Assembly (NCBI GenBank): GCA_963745035.1 | Contig: CAVUVW010000002.1 | Span: 172,808 to 236,807 of the forward strand | DNA from: an uncultured delta proteobacterium | GTDB lineage: Bacteria; Desulfobacterota; Binatia; UBA9968 | Length of the DNA: 64,000 nucleotides | Direction: 5' to 3' | Shown here: one piece after another, positions 1 to 9,534 of the stretch | Layout: each line of letters opens with the position of its first letter | How positions within the stretch are numbered: position 1 is the first letter of the stretch | Position numbers and translations under genes: made by a program | Notes under the pieces: generated by a model | Databases searched by the model: none | Told to the model about the DNA's origin: nothing | Seen by the model: only the letters and a program-made list of their open reading frames with translations

Positions 1-753
1 CTGCTCGATGGGATTCGCCACCGAAAAGTGGCGGGCGAGCCACTCTTGCGCTTTTTGAATCGCGGCGTCGCCATGACCAGTCACGGGCTCGAAGATGACA
101 TAGGGCGAGAGACCGTCGGCATGCCATTGAAACGCGAAGTATTTCGCAACCGCCTGGGCCGCGGTGGGGCCCGCATGCTGCGCAATCAGATAAAGAATAA
201 GATCGTGCCACGAGGTGGAAGTACCGGACATGAGAAACTCCTGATGCTTTCCGGCCGCGACCAGCGCCCTGTCCAGCCGCAGACGCACGTTCGGAAAATT
301 GCGCCGAAACGTCTGCGCGTACATCCAGTGCACCGTCGCATCCTTGCCGTCGAGCAGGCCGGTCTCCGCGAGCAGCAGGACGCCCGAGCAGGTGGAACAG
401 AGCTGCGCTCCGCGAGCATGCATCGCGGCGAGCCACTTGACGATCGCCGGGTATCGGCCTTGCTGCCACTCTCCCCGCTCGACCAGGATCGACGGAACAA
501 TGACTACGTCCGCTGAATCGATTTGCTTGATCGATCGCTGGGCTTCGACCGGCACGCCGCTCGCGGACGAAAGCGACCCAGCTTTGGCGCCGACAATTTC
601 GGCTTTGAACTGAGCTCGTCCGGCCAATCCGTCGCTGTAAGTGCCGAGCAGATTGAACGAGTTCAGCACGTCGTAAAGCCCCATCAAGGTCGAAGCCATG
701 ACTTCGGGAATCGCGACAAGGCAGACGCGCACCTTCTTCGGCTCTGCTTTCAT
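1..753 (-). CDS. GlxA-family transcriptional regulator (DJ-1/PfpI domain + AraC HTH), 3' end outside the window
   Basis: Manual translation from ATG at 753 (absent from the ORF track): MKAEPKKVRVCLVAIPEVMAST...LCSTCSGVLLLAETGLLDGKDATVHW...HGDAAIQKAQEWLARHF, open to base 1; divergent from the methyltransferase. Confidence 0.9.
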   Translation of the reverse strand, partial: MKAEPKKVRVCLVAIPEVMASTLMGLYDVLNSFNLLGTYSDGLAGRAQFKAEIVGAKAGSLSSASGVPVEAQRSIKQIDSADVVIVPSILVERGEWQQGRYPAIVKWLAAMHARGAQLCSTCSGVLLLAETGLLDGKDATVHWMYAQTFRRNFPNVRLRLDRALVAAGKHQEFLMSGTSTSWHDLILYLIAQHAGPTAAQAVAKYFAFQWHADGLSPYVIFEPVTGHGDAAIQKAQEWLARHFSVANPIEQ

Positions 754-869
754 TTTCTATCCTTCATGGCCTAAACGGACCCATTTTGCGCAATCCGCCT
801 CTCCCGCCGGCGCACGATCGAGGTTATTGTTCTCATGCGAGTTAAATTTTCAATCGGGAGGATTTTATC

Positions 870-1928
870 ATGAAGGTCGACGAGCGAAAGCTTAGTCAGT
901 TTGTCGAAAAGGCTGTCACCGACTTGGCCGCCGGCTACGGCGGTGTCATGACCGTGCTCGGACACAAGCTCGGGCTTTACAAAGCCATGGCCCACGCGGG
1001 ACCGCTCGATTCATCGGAGGTCGCCAAACGGTCGGGCTGCGCGGAGCGCTATGTGCGCGAGTGGCTCAATAGCCAGGCGGCGGCCGGCTACGTTGTTTAT
1101 CACGCCACCAGCGCCACCTACGAGCTCACCGCCGAGCAGGCGATGGTATTGGCGGACGACGACAGCCCGGTATTCATGCCGCCTGCTTGGGAAGTGCCGG
1201 TTTCGATGTTCTTCGACGAAGAGAAAACCATCGATGCCTTTCGCACCGGCAAAGGCGTCGCCTGGGACGAGCACGATGACAGGCTCTTTTGCGGCGTCGC
1301 GGCCTTTTATCGCAACGGCTACCGGAATAGCCTGGTGCGCGAGTGGCTGCCGGCGCTCCGCGGCGTGGAAGAAAAACTACGCGCCGGCGCCAAAGTTGCG
1401 GACGTCGGCTGCGGCCACGGTCACTCCACCATCCTCATGGCCGAGGCGTTTCCCCAGTCGCGTTTCTGGGGCTTCGATTATCATGAGCAATCGATCGATA
1501 CCGCGCGCAGCCATGCTCGCAACACGGAGATCGCAAATCGCGTCAGCTTCGAAGTCGCCGGCGCCACGAGCTATCCGGCCGAAGGCTTTGATCTGATCTG
1601 TTTCTTCGATTGTTTGCACGACATGGGCGACCCCGTCGGCGCCGCGCGGCATGCCAAAAAAGCGCTGGCCGGGGACGGTACGGTGATGCTGGTCGAGCCC
1701 TTCGCCAACGATCGGGTGGAAGAAAACTTGAACACGGTAGGCCGCCTTTACTACTCGGCTTCGACGACGCTTTGCTGCGCGCACTCGCTGTCCGAGGATG
1801 GCGCCGCCGCTCTCGGCGCTCAAGCCGGCGAAGCGCGCCTGGCCAGCGTCTTCACCAAGGCCGGCTTCAGCGAGTTTAGAAAAGCCAAGGCGACGCCGTT
1901 CAACTTGATTCTCGAAGCGAAGGTTTGA
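870..1928 (+). CDS. Class I SAM-dependent methyltransferase with N-terminal winged-helix (Rv2258c-like)
   Basis: ERYVREWL winged-helix segment, VADVGCGHG motif I, FFDCLHDMGDP; GGAGG RBS. Confidence 0.9.
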   Translation: MKVDERKLSQFVEKAVTDLAAGYGGVMTVLGHKLGLYKAMAHAGPLDSSEVAKRSGCAERYVREWLNSQAAAGYVVYHATSATYELTAEQAMVLADDDSPVFMPPAWEVPVSMFFDEEKTIDAFRTGKGVAWDEHDDRLFCGVAAFYRNGYRNSLVREWLPALRGVEEKLRAGAKVADVGCGHGHSTILMAEAFPQSRFWGFDYHEQSIDTARSHARNTEIANRVSFEVAGATSYPAEGFDLICFFDCLHDMGDPVGAARHAKKALAGDGTVMLVEPFANDRVEENLNTVGRLYYSASTTLCCAHSLSEDGAAALGAQAGEARLASVFTKAGFSEFRKAKATPFNLILEAKV

Positions 1929-2166
1929 GTCGCCTGAAGCTTCCGACACCGACTCCGGGCGGGGCGCTGCGTCCATCGCAATCGCCAGGGCCAAGCTGCG
2001 CGCCCTGCCCGACAACGCGGCGCTCGCGAGCAAGAGGAGTTGAATTCATACGTGTCTTTGCTAGAGAAATAAGACAACAAATTTCTACACCCCTCCCTCG
2101 TGGACTTTCTCTATAAGAGCAAAAACGAAACTACATATGTCCGGACTGGGTCGTGGTTCAGTTCGG

Positions 2167-2265
2167 AAAGATCTCTCACGGAGTTTATCCTGAGCATGGC
2201 CGAAGGGTTCGAGATGACAGAACCGTTACTTTGTTTGTCATTTCGAGCGGATGCGAGAAATCTTT
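2167..2265. repeat. REP-like palindromic intergenic element
   Basis: AAAGATCTCTC...TTCGAGATGACA is inverted against TGTCATTTCGAG...GAGAAATCTTT; same GTCAT..GAG..AGATC family as 33146 and 45021. Confidence 0.7.
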
Positions 2266-2327
2266 CCCCTCTGATGTTATGCCCTGGGAGTCAAACTGCA
2301 CCACTACTCCGGACTGAAGACCCAGCC

Positions 2328-3317
2328 GTGAATCGTTTCAGGGCTAATGTGTCAGGAATCGTCGCCGCATCCAGTCGATCAGGTTTTCGCATACGAGTCC
2401 TTTTGCTGATCGTCGTGATGGCGCAGTCGATCGGCTGCGCTCGCCGGTTCCCGGCGACTGAAGTCACACCGATAAAGGCGGCTAATCCCGCCGAGCTTCA
2501 GGGACAGCTGCTTTCCAAGCCCGATGTAGCGCAATTTAGGTTGCGCGGCCCCTTTGCCGTCATCGAGCGCAAGGACCTGGAAATTCGCGTGCCCTCCGGT
2601 CTCACGGTGGAAGCGGATTTATACCTGTCGGAGCCGGCCCGCAAGGCGCCGCTGGTGATCGTGTTGCACGGTCATGACAATTCTAAGGAAGACCATGCCT
2701 TCCAAGCCATGCACTTGGCCTCCTGGGGCATGCATAGCCTTGCCCTCAACTTGCCCAAGCAGGGTCCGTGGATCGCCAACGGCCGCACCCTTGCCAGGCT
2801 CGTCGAAGCGATTCAACGAACGCCGCAGATCGTCGACAACCGCGTAGACACGGACAAGATCATTCTCGCGGGTCACTCTTTCGGCGCGACGGCCGTGGCC
2901 GCCGCTTTGGGGGACGGCGCGCGCGCGCTCGGCGGCGTTCTGCTCGATCCCGCAGGGATCGGCCGGCAATTGCCGCAGTTGCTGAGGCGGATCACCGTTC
3001 CGGTGATGATCATCGGTGCGGACGACGACATCTGGCCCACCCGGAACCGCGGGCAATTCTACCGGTTCATTGCGGCCCGTGTCGGAGAGATCTCGATACG
3101 AGACACCGTTCACGAAGATGCGCAGTATCCGAACCAGTACACGCTGCGCGCATTCCAGGACCAACCCGACGATACGGAGGAAGCGCAAATCGCTTTCGTG
3201 AGCGCGCTGACCGCCTCCGCCTTCAGCCTTGCGGCCACCGGTAGCATAGACTATGCCTGGAACAGCTTAGAGAACGGTCTTAAGAAAGGCGTTTTTTTCA
3301 ACGCGAGAAGAAAGTGA
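2328..3317 (+). CDS. Alpha/beta hydrolase, probable lipoprotein (start uncertain)
   Basis: VLHGH oxyanion region, GHSFG nucleophile elbow, LLDP, VHEDAQ; hydrophobic stretch ending SIGC. The track start at 2100 runs through the repeat element. Confidence 0.75.
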   Translation: MNRFRANVSGIVAASSRSGFRIRVLLLIVVMAQSIGCARRFPATEVTPIKAANPAELQGQLLSKPDVAQFRLRGPFAVIERKDLEIRVPSGLTVEADLYLSEPARKAPLVIVLHGHDNSKEDHAFQAMHLASWGMHSLALNLPKQGPWIANGRTLARLVEAIQRTPQIVDNRVDTDKIILAGHSFGATAVAAALGDGARALGGVLLDPAGIGRQLPQLLRRITVPVMIIGADDDIWPTRNRGQFYRFIAARVGEISIRDTVHEDAQYPNQYTLRAFQDQPDDTEEAQIAFVSALTASAFSLAATGSIDYAWNSLENGLKKGVFFNARRK

Positions 3318-4235
3318 TCGTCCTGCGTTCAGCCAAATCGTCGGTACAAGGATGGAAGACCGCGGCAACATGTCTGACCGTCGTGATCGTCATCGTCCTG
3401 CGGGCGCTTGGTCCGGAAGCTGGCTGGCCACAGGAAATAGCTCCACCTAAGATCGACGAGGAAATTGCCGAGCAGGAAAAAATCTACCGCAGCCGGGGCG
3501 CCGAAGTTCCCAGCGGCTACGTCACCGGTCGAGGGCTCTCGGACTACGCGGGGCTTCTTCCCACCGGGTTCTGCGGCGCTCTCGGCATGCTTGGCAGCTC
3601 GGACCGATGGCTGGATATCGGCGCGGGCGCCGGGCAGGCCATACTGGACTACTACGCAGCCGAAGGCAGCGCGCCGTCGAGTGAAAAGTGCGCGCGGCCC
3701 GGCGCCAAGGCGCGCGCGGTCGCGATCTCCATCGAGGATCGCCGCACCGACAAGTGGCGACAGCAGGCCGCGAGTCTCGGTGATGACCGTCATACGGTAT
3801 CTCTCCGGCAAGCGCCTGCGTGAGTATTCGCCCGAGGAGCTTGGAAAATTCCAGATCATCACCGACGTGTACGGCGGTTTCTCCTACACTGAATCCTTGT
3901 CGCAGTTCGTGGAAAAGGTGCTGAGCTTGCTGGAGGTCGGTGGCGCCTTCTACACGCTGATGCCAGGTGTGTATTTGGAGAACGGCAAGGACAGACTCGG
4001 ATTCTTGTATCTGACCGAGCTCGAGGATGCCGCCGGCCGCCGCGAGAGAGTGTGCTCCTGGCTGAAGAAGACCGCCTGCGTGCAAGTCACCTGCGAGTCG
4101 AAGAGCGACTGGAAAAGGCCCACCGAGCTGATCAACGTTCGGAAGGTTTGCAGCGACGTCTCCGTCTCGCGCCTGAAACTGTGGGAGTTCGAGGCGGGAT
4201 ATCCTCCCTCGCGGCGCTTCCAATTGGACCCGTAG
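3314..4235 (+). CDS. Exported SAM-dependent methyltransferase-fold protein, copy 1 (+1 frameshift near 3791)
   Basis: WLDIGAGAGQA motif I; N-terminal hydrophobic segment; GACCGTCATACGG here versus GACCGTATACGG in the intact paralogue at 5407 shows one extra C. Confidence 0.8.
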
Positions 4236-4238
4236 GTC

Positions 4239-5223
4239 ATGCAACAGATTGCAGGCTGTTCAAAAAGGTCCCGATGCGGGGCACGCGAGAACCGTGATCG
4301 TGTTCGTGAAAACGTGACCGAGGAGGAGACCGCACGAGCACGAACACGCTGCACGAACACGAATTCGGAGCGAGGCGATCGAGCGCAACGAAGCAGGTGG
4401 GCCTTTTTCAACAGCCTGCTCGCCATTCTTTTTTTTCTCGGTACTAGTAGTTTTGCCGCATCAAACCCATTTGATGACGCAAGCGCTGCGTACGAGCGCG
4501 GCGACTATGCTCAAGCGATAAAAATCTTTCGCCAGCTTGCCGAGCGGGGACACCAATGGGCGCAGAGGCGGCTGGGTCTGATCTATGCGGAGAGGGAAAG
4601 GCGTGCCGCAGGATCATCAGGAGGCTGTAAAGTGGTTTCGCCTCGCGGCGGCGCAGGGAAATGTCCCGGCGCAATATAGTCTGGGTCTGGCGTATGAAAA
4701 GGGCCAAGGCGTGCCGCAGGATTATCAGGAAGCCGTGAAGTGGTATCATATCGCGGCGACGCGCGAAGACGAATGGGCGCAGACCCGGCTGGGTTCGATC
4801 TACGCGGAGGGGCAAGGCGTGCCGCAGGATTATCAGGAGGCTGTGAAGTGGTATCGCCTCGCGGCGGCACAGGAATACGCACCGGCACAGTCCAGTCTGG
4901 GTCTGGCGTATGAGAAAGGCCAGGGCGTGCCGCAGGATTATCGGGAAGCCGTGAAGTGGTATCGCCTCGCGGCAGCGCAGGGAGACCAATTTGCGCAAAT
5001 CAATCTGGGTGTAATGTATGCCAACGGCACAGGCGTGCGGCAGGACTTTGTGCGCGCGCATATGTGGTTTACCCTCGCTGCAGCGGGATTGAACGGCGAT
5101 TCGGGAGATACGGCGACAAAGAATCGAGATAGAATTGCGTCAAAAATGAGAGCCGAGCAGATTGCTACCGCGCAGGAGATGGCACGGCGCTGTCAGGAGT
5201 CTAAGCTTAAGAACTGCGACTGA
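4239..5223 (+). CDS. Sel1-like repeat protein, exported (frameshift near 4592)
   Basis: Repeated G.GVPQDYQEAVKWYRLAAAQG units; signal-like LLAILFFLGTSSFA; AYERGDYAQA; the two track ORFs join if one base is removed. Confidence 0.9.
4251..4419. mobile_element. MITE-like non-autonomous element inside the 5' end of the Sel1 gene
   Basis: Terminal inverted repeats GCAGGCTGTTCAAAAAGG / CCTTTTTCAACAGCCTGC (17 of 18 match); internal CGTG/CACG inverted short repeats; no transposase. Confidence 0.75.
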
Positions 5224-5406
5224 AGCACGTGAAGTTGAAGTTCATAGCGCCAGAGCGCGACAAAGCTCCAAAGTCTGGAACTAAAAGTCTGGCCTTTGCT
5301 TCCCGCCCTGAATCGTTCTCGGGAATCACGTGCCAGAAACCGCATCCGCCTTTGAAATTGCTATTGAGAACGGCATCTTTTTCAACGGGAGGAGAAAATT
5401 TTTCTC

Positions 5407-6318
5407 ATGAGTTCAGTCAAGACATCGGGAAAAGGATGGAAGAGCGCGGCAACGGGGCTAGCCGTCCTGACTGTCATCGTCATGCATGCGCTTGGGCTGG
5501 GAGTTGGCTGGCCACAAGAAGCCGCTCCACTGCGGACTGACGAGGAATTAGCAAAGCAGGAAAAGATCTATCGCAGCCAGGGCGCTGACGTTCCCAGCGG
5601 CTACGTCACGAACCGAGGGCTCTCGGACTACGCGGACCTTCTTCCCTCGAGGTTCTGTGACGCACTCAGCAATCTCGGCAGCTCGGACCGATGGCTGGAT
5701 ATCGGCGCGGGCGACGGCCAGGCCATACTCGACTACTACGCGGATGTAGACGACACGGCGCCGGCTGAAAAGTGCGGCCGTTCCGTCGCCAAAGCCCGAG
5801 CCGTCGCGATGTCGATAGAGGACCGCCGCACGGACAAATGGCGACAGCACGCCACGCGCCTCGGCGATGACCGTATACGGTATCTCTCCGGCAAGCGCCT
5901 GCGCAATTATTCGCACGAGGAGCTTGGAAAATTTCAGATCATCACCGACGTGTTCGGCGGCTTCTCTTATACCGAAGACCTCTCCAAATTCCTGGAGACG
6001 GTGCTGAGCTTGCTGGAAATCGAGGGCGTCTTCTACTCGGTCGTGCAAAACGTGCATTTGGACGCCGCCAAGGACGACCCCGGCACCGGGTATCAGACGG
6101 AGCTGGTGGATGTAGGCGGCCGCGGCGTGAAAGTCTGCTCCTGGCTGAAGAAAACCACCTGCGTGAAAGTCGTCTGCGAGTCGAAGAGCGACTGGGACTC
6201 GCCCAGCGAGCTGATCAACGTCCGGAAGGTGTGCAGCGACGTCTCCGTCCCGCGCATGAAGCTCCTGTACTACCATGCGGGAAACCCTCCCGGAAGGCGA
6301 TTTCAGTTGGAGCCGTAG
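5407..6318 (+). CDS. Exported SAM-dependent methyltransferase-fold protein, copy 2 (intact)
   Basis: WLDIGAGDGQA, FQIITDVFGG; signal/TM segment; colinear with 3314-4235; GGAGG RBS. Confidence 0.85.
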   Translation: MSSVKTSGKGWKSAATGLAVLTVIVMHALGLGVGWPQEAAPLRTDEELAKQEKIYRSQGADVPSGYVTNRGLSDYADLLPSRFCDALSNLGSSDRWLDIGAGDGQAILDYYADVDDTAPAEKCGRSVAKARAVAMSIEDRRTDKWRQHATRLGDDRIRYLSGKRLRNYSHEELGKFQIITDVFGGFSYTEDLSKFLETVLSLLEIEGVFYSVVQNVHLDAAKDDPGTGYQTELVDVGGRGVKVCSWLKKTTCVKVVCESKSDWDSPSELINVRKVCSDVSVPRMKLLYYHAGNPPGRRFQLEP

Positions 6319-6386
6319 CGTGAGGGAAACTGCGCGCGCAATTCGCGAAGCGCGAAGATCACCACGCCAGACAAACGGAGCACGAG

Positions 6387-6623
6387 ATGACATTGGAACT
6401 CTATGCCGACGCCGTCTTGACGTGCGATGTGCCGGAGCATCGGCTTAAGCGGGGCGATATCGTCAAGTTTGTCGATCACCACATTGCGCCGGACGGCACG
6501 GAAGGCTACTCCATCGAAGTCTTCAACGCGGTTGGCGATACCTTAGCCGTTACCGCAGTCCCCAACACCGCACTCGAACCGCTACGCGAAGACGAAATCC
6601 TCTGCGCGCGCTCCATGCGGTAA
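6387..6623 (+). CDS. DUF4926 domain protein
   Basis: LTCDVPEHRLKRGDIV...EGYSIEVFNAVGDTLAV pattern; GGAG RBS. Confidence 0.8.
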   Translation: MTLELYADAVLTCDVPEHRLKRGDIVKFVDHHIAPDGTEGYSIEVFNAVGDTLAVTAVPNTALEPLREDEILCARSMR

Positions 6624-7010
6624 GACAACCTCGGCATCGCTGTCCGCATTGCCGAATCGACGCCATCCACAATCGCCAGCATCTCCGAAAGCTGGCGACC
6701 GCGTACTCTGTGTACCCTTCCTTGCTGGTGCATGCCAGGACTCGCTGGCCAACCTGCAAATTTTGAATTCAGCGAAGTTCGAGTGCCGCTACGGCGTGAA
6801 TGCTATACGAGCACCCGGGTTCCATCAAACGGCGCTGCGTTGCTTCAGCGAGGCGAGGCGCCACGCGATGCATAACACCGCCGAATGAAAGTTGCGCAGA
6901 TCCGACCCCGAAGTGCGGAGAGATGCTCGCTCAACGCTCGGGACTGCTTCTCCTTTTTTGGTTGCAGCCGGGAATCAGTGTGCCGATAATAGCCTCGAAA
7001 GGAATGCTGG

Positions 7011-8996
7011 ATGTCACCAAGGCTGAATTTTCCCCACGGCGGTTCGACTTGGATTCCGCCGCACTGGCAAAAACCCTGTAGCGCGAGCCAGTGGAATGAC
7101 GGCGTGCTTGCAGTCAGCTCGGTCGCAAGCGGGCCGTTCCCAGCCAATTTCAATCCCAATCTCTTCGACGATATTCCCGTTGCGCTCGCGCCCGATGGCG
7201 CGGGAGGCGCTTTCGTCTTTACCGTCTGCAGTATTTTCGTCCCAGGTTCGCTCGGTCCTTTTGCGCTCAGGGCGGTCGGCCCCACAGGAACTCGTTCTCA
7301 ATTAGTGCAGACCAACGATCCTCGCGCTTGGATCGGAGTGCTTGGAATTTGGTCGGAAGCGGTTTTAGTGCCGAGCGGCTCGAAGCATTGCATCGTTCTT
7401 TGGGGAAAAAACCAAAGCGTCGCCGGCCTGGTCGCTCAACGATATAACGATTCGCTCGTCGCGCGCTGGCAAAACGGCAATCCGGTTCAGGCGAGCTTGT
7501 CTTTCAGTTCTTCCTCTTTCGTCAAGAACAGCCTGGTCGCGGAACCGGATGGACACAACGGAGCGATCGCCGCGTGGATCATGCCCGGCGCCGGCGGAAA
7601 CAACCAGGTGCAAATCCAGCGACTCGATATGAATGGAGCGCCGCTTTGGGGCGCCAACGGCACCACGTTCGGCGCCGTCACCGGACAAACCTATGGATTA
7701 CCGCAAGCGTGGGTCCAGCTGGTGAGCGACGGAAGTGGCGGCGCAATCGTCGTCATGCCGGAAGAGTCGGGTGGCGCTACGCGCTACGTGGCGCAGGCGA
7801 TCGATGCCAACGGCGCGATCAACGGATCGGCCGATACGATCGTCGCTGGCGCTCCCAACGCCTGGCTCGCCAACTTCAGACTGCGGCGGGCCGTCCCCGA
7901 TGGACAAGGAGGATTGTTCTTAGCGTATGTCGATTCGAATGGAGCATTGCGGGCACTGCGGTATACTGCGGCCGGCGGAGTGAGCTGGGATATCCCGATC
8001 GGAAGGCCGATCCATTCCGCAGCCTTTCACATTCACGAAGACGATCGCCGCGGCTTCCTCGTTAGTTTCATCTCAGCGTCGCCGCTGCCCAGGATAGAGC
8101 TGATGCGTATCGATGGCAGCGGAGCGACGACCTGGAACATCAATAACGTTGCTTCGAACAATCAAATCCTTGTCGGCATGCCCGCCGCCTCGGTCATTTG
8201 GACCAATGACGCCATGTCCCGGGTGACGCAAGCCGTGCCCGACGCGAACGGCGGCGCCATTCTCGTTCACCAGAATTGGATGGGAGGCGGAGCGCCGAGA
8301 TTGTTTACCGTCTGCTACGATGCCGCCGGCACGCAAGTCAGTCCCGCGCAGCCTGTCAGCGCGCGGCCCACCGGGCAGGAACTGCCGGTCGTAATCCCCG
8401 GCGGCGGCACCAGCGCCATAGTGGCTTGGGCCGATGACGGCGCCGCCTCTACAAATGGATTGGATGTCTGGGTGCAACGCCTCGGCTGCTGCGTCCCCGA
8501 GCCCATGAGGGAGCTTCCCTGGCCGCGATTCGGCTGCGAGATCATCGAGTTCGGCGGCGCGGGTTTCCGTGAAATGGTTCTTCGGCTTCCTTGCGGCAAC
8601 AGAGAACGGCATTGGGGAGTGCTGCCGCTCACGCGTTTCTTCTCGAACGTGCGCGGGTTGAACTATCCCGGCTCCATTTTCAATAGCGATGTCGAGCAGC
8701 CGGATTGGATACGGATCGCGTTTTCGAGCTTACCGCCAGACATCGAAGTTCGACTCTATTCGATGAAAGGCAAGCTGATGGGGACGGGAAAACCGATTTT
8801 CGCGGAAGGAAAGAAGGGTCCGCCCTTGCAAACGGTCCTGACTTTCAAATCCTCGGACGAGGATCAGTTGCTCGTGTTTTCCACCCGGCAAAAAGTAGAG
8901 CGCGAAAAAACCTTTCTGATCGGCGTGAACAGCGAATGGGGCAACGGCAAGCCACCGCCCCTGGGCGCCGCGACATCGCGGCGCATCCGACGGTGA
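7011..8996 (+). CDS. Hypothetical 661-aa repeat protein, probable beta-propeller plus C-terminal domain
   Basis: About seven DGxGGA-hydrophobic repeats (PDGAGGAFVF, PDGHNGAIAAW, SDGSGGAIVV, PDGQGGLFLAY, DDRRGFLVSF, PDANGGAILV, PGGGTSAIVAW). Confidence 0.7.
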   Translation: MSPRLNFPHGGSTWIPPHWQKPCSASQWNDGVLAVSSVASGPFPANFNPNLFDDIPVALAPDGAGGAFVFTVCSIFVPGSLGPFALRAVGPTGTRSQLVQTNDPRAWIGVLGIWSEAVLVPSGSKHCIVLWGKNQSVAGLVAQRYNDSLVARWQNGNPVQASLSFSSSSFVKNSLVAEPDGHNGAIAAWIMPGAGGNNQVQIQRLDMNGAPLWGANGTTFGAVTGQTYGLPQAWVQLVSDGSGGAIVVMPEESGGATRYVAQAIDANGAINGSADTIVAGAPNAWLANFRLRRAVPDGQGGLFLAYVDSNGALRALRYTAAGGVSWDIPIGRPIHSAAFHIHEDDRRGFLVSFISASPLPRIELMRIDGSGATTWNINNVASNNQILVGMPAASVIWTNDAMSRVTQAVPDANGGAILVHQNWMGGGAPRLFTVCYDAAGTQVSPAQPVSARPTGQELPVVIPGGGTSAIVAWADDGAASTNGLDVWVQRLGCCVPEPMRELPWPRFGCEIIEFGGAGFREMVLRLPCGNRERHWGVLPLTRFFSNVRGLNYPGSIFNSDVEQPDWIRIAFSSLPPDIEVRLYSMKGKLMGTGKPIFAEGKKGPPLQTVLTFKSSDEDQLLVFSTRQKVEREKTFLIGVNSEWGNGKPPPLGAATSRRIRR

Positions 8997-9072
8997 GCCT
9001 CAAACGGATGAAGGAGCAAAGCGGGAATGTGTGATTGCAAAACGTGACCTCAGAGCCGACTTGCGTTCCTCA

Positions 9073-9240
9073 TCACTTCGGCTCACTGATTTCGAATCCC
9101 AAGCCGCGTAGCAACGTGACTGTCTCTTCTTCGGTCAGGGTGCGCCCGAGTTTCTCGTGCTCCCGGATCAGATGCCGCATCATCTCGGGCTTGAGAGTCA
9201 TCCAATCCGGCACCTTGGCAATTGTGACGCCCTCTTCCAT
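9073..9240 (-). CDS. Small hypothetical protein (55 aa)
   Basis: Manual translation MEEGVTIAKVPDWMTLKPEMMRHLIREHEKLGRTLTEEETVTLLRGLGFEISEPK; purine-rich AAGGGTG upstream; below the track cutoff. Confidence 0.5.
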   Translation of the reverse strand: MEEGVTIAKVPDWMTLKPEMMRHLIREHEKLGRTLTEEETVTLLRGLGFEISEPK

Positions 9241-9474
9241 TTTCACCCTTCCGCTTTCGGCCCAACCGATAAACTTTCATTCGTCGCGGCTGGACGTTGG
9301 AACTCGGCGCTAAAATGCTTCCGCTTTCCTATCGAACGCCTCTTCCGAACTTTTAAGCCCTCGTGTGGCCCTCCGTCAAATCCTGGCTACTGCGCGGCGA
9401 TCGCGAGCAAGAAGTTGTAAAAGTGTTAGTAGACTCAGGCGAGCTGCTTGGATTGACTATCCTTGGGACGGAGT

Positions 9475-9493
9475 TTTTGTCAGATTTTGTTAG
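9475..9493 (+). promoter_or_regulatory. Candidate operator: 10-bp-period direct repeat
   Basis: TTTTGTCAG-A-TTTTGTTAG about 40 bp upstream of the HTH-PBP regulator start. Confidence 0.35.
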
Positions 9494-9534
9494 TTTATTG
9501 CTTTTCACCGGGAAAACAATTAGCTAAGAGATCC

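Noticed and set aside
1955-2012. GC-rich hairpin after the methyltransferase as attC or ncRNA
   Set aside because: The stem is present but lacks AAC/GTT core sites and a U-tract; not assignable
2100-2327. N-terminal extension of the hydrolase
   Set aside because: It translates a REP-like element; the signal/lipobox region begins downstream
4585-5060. 108-bp-period DNA repeats as a possible CRISPR or tandem array
   Set aside because: They encode 36-aa Sel1 units in frame; there are no unique spacers and no cas genes
3314-6318. Paralogous pair as a diversity-generating retroelement template/variable repeat
   Set aside because: Both are full-length genes, the differences are not adenine-specific by eye, and there is no reverse transcriptase
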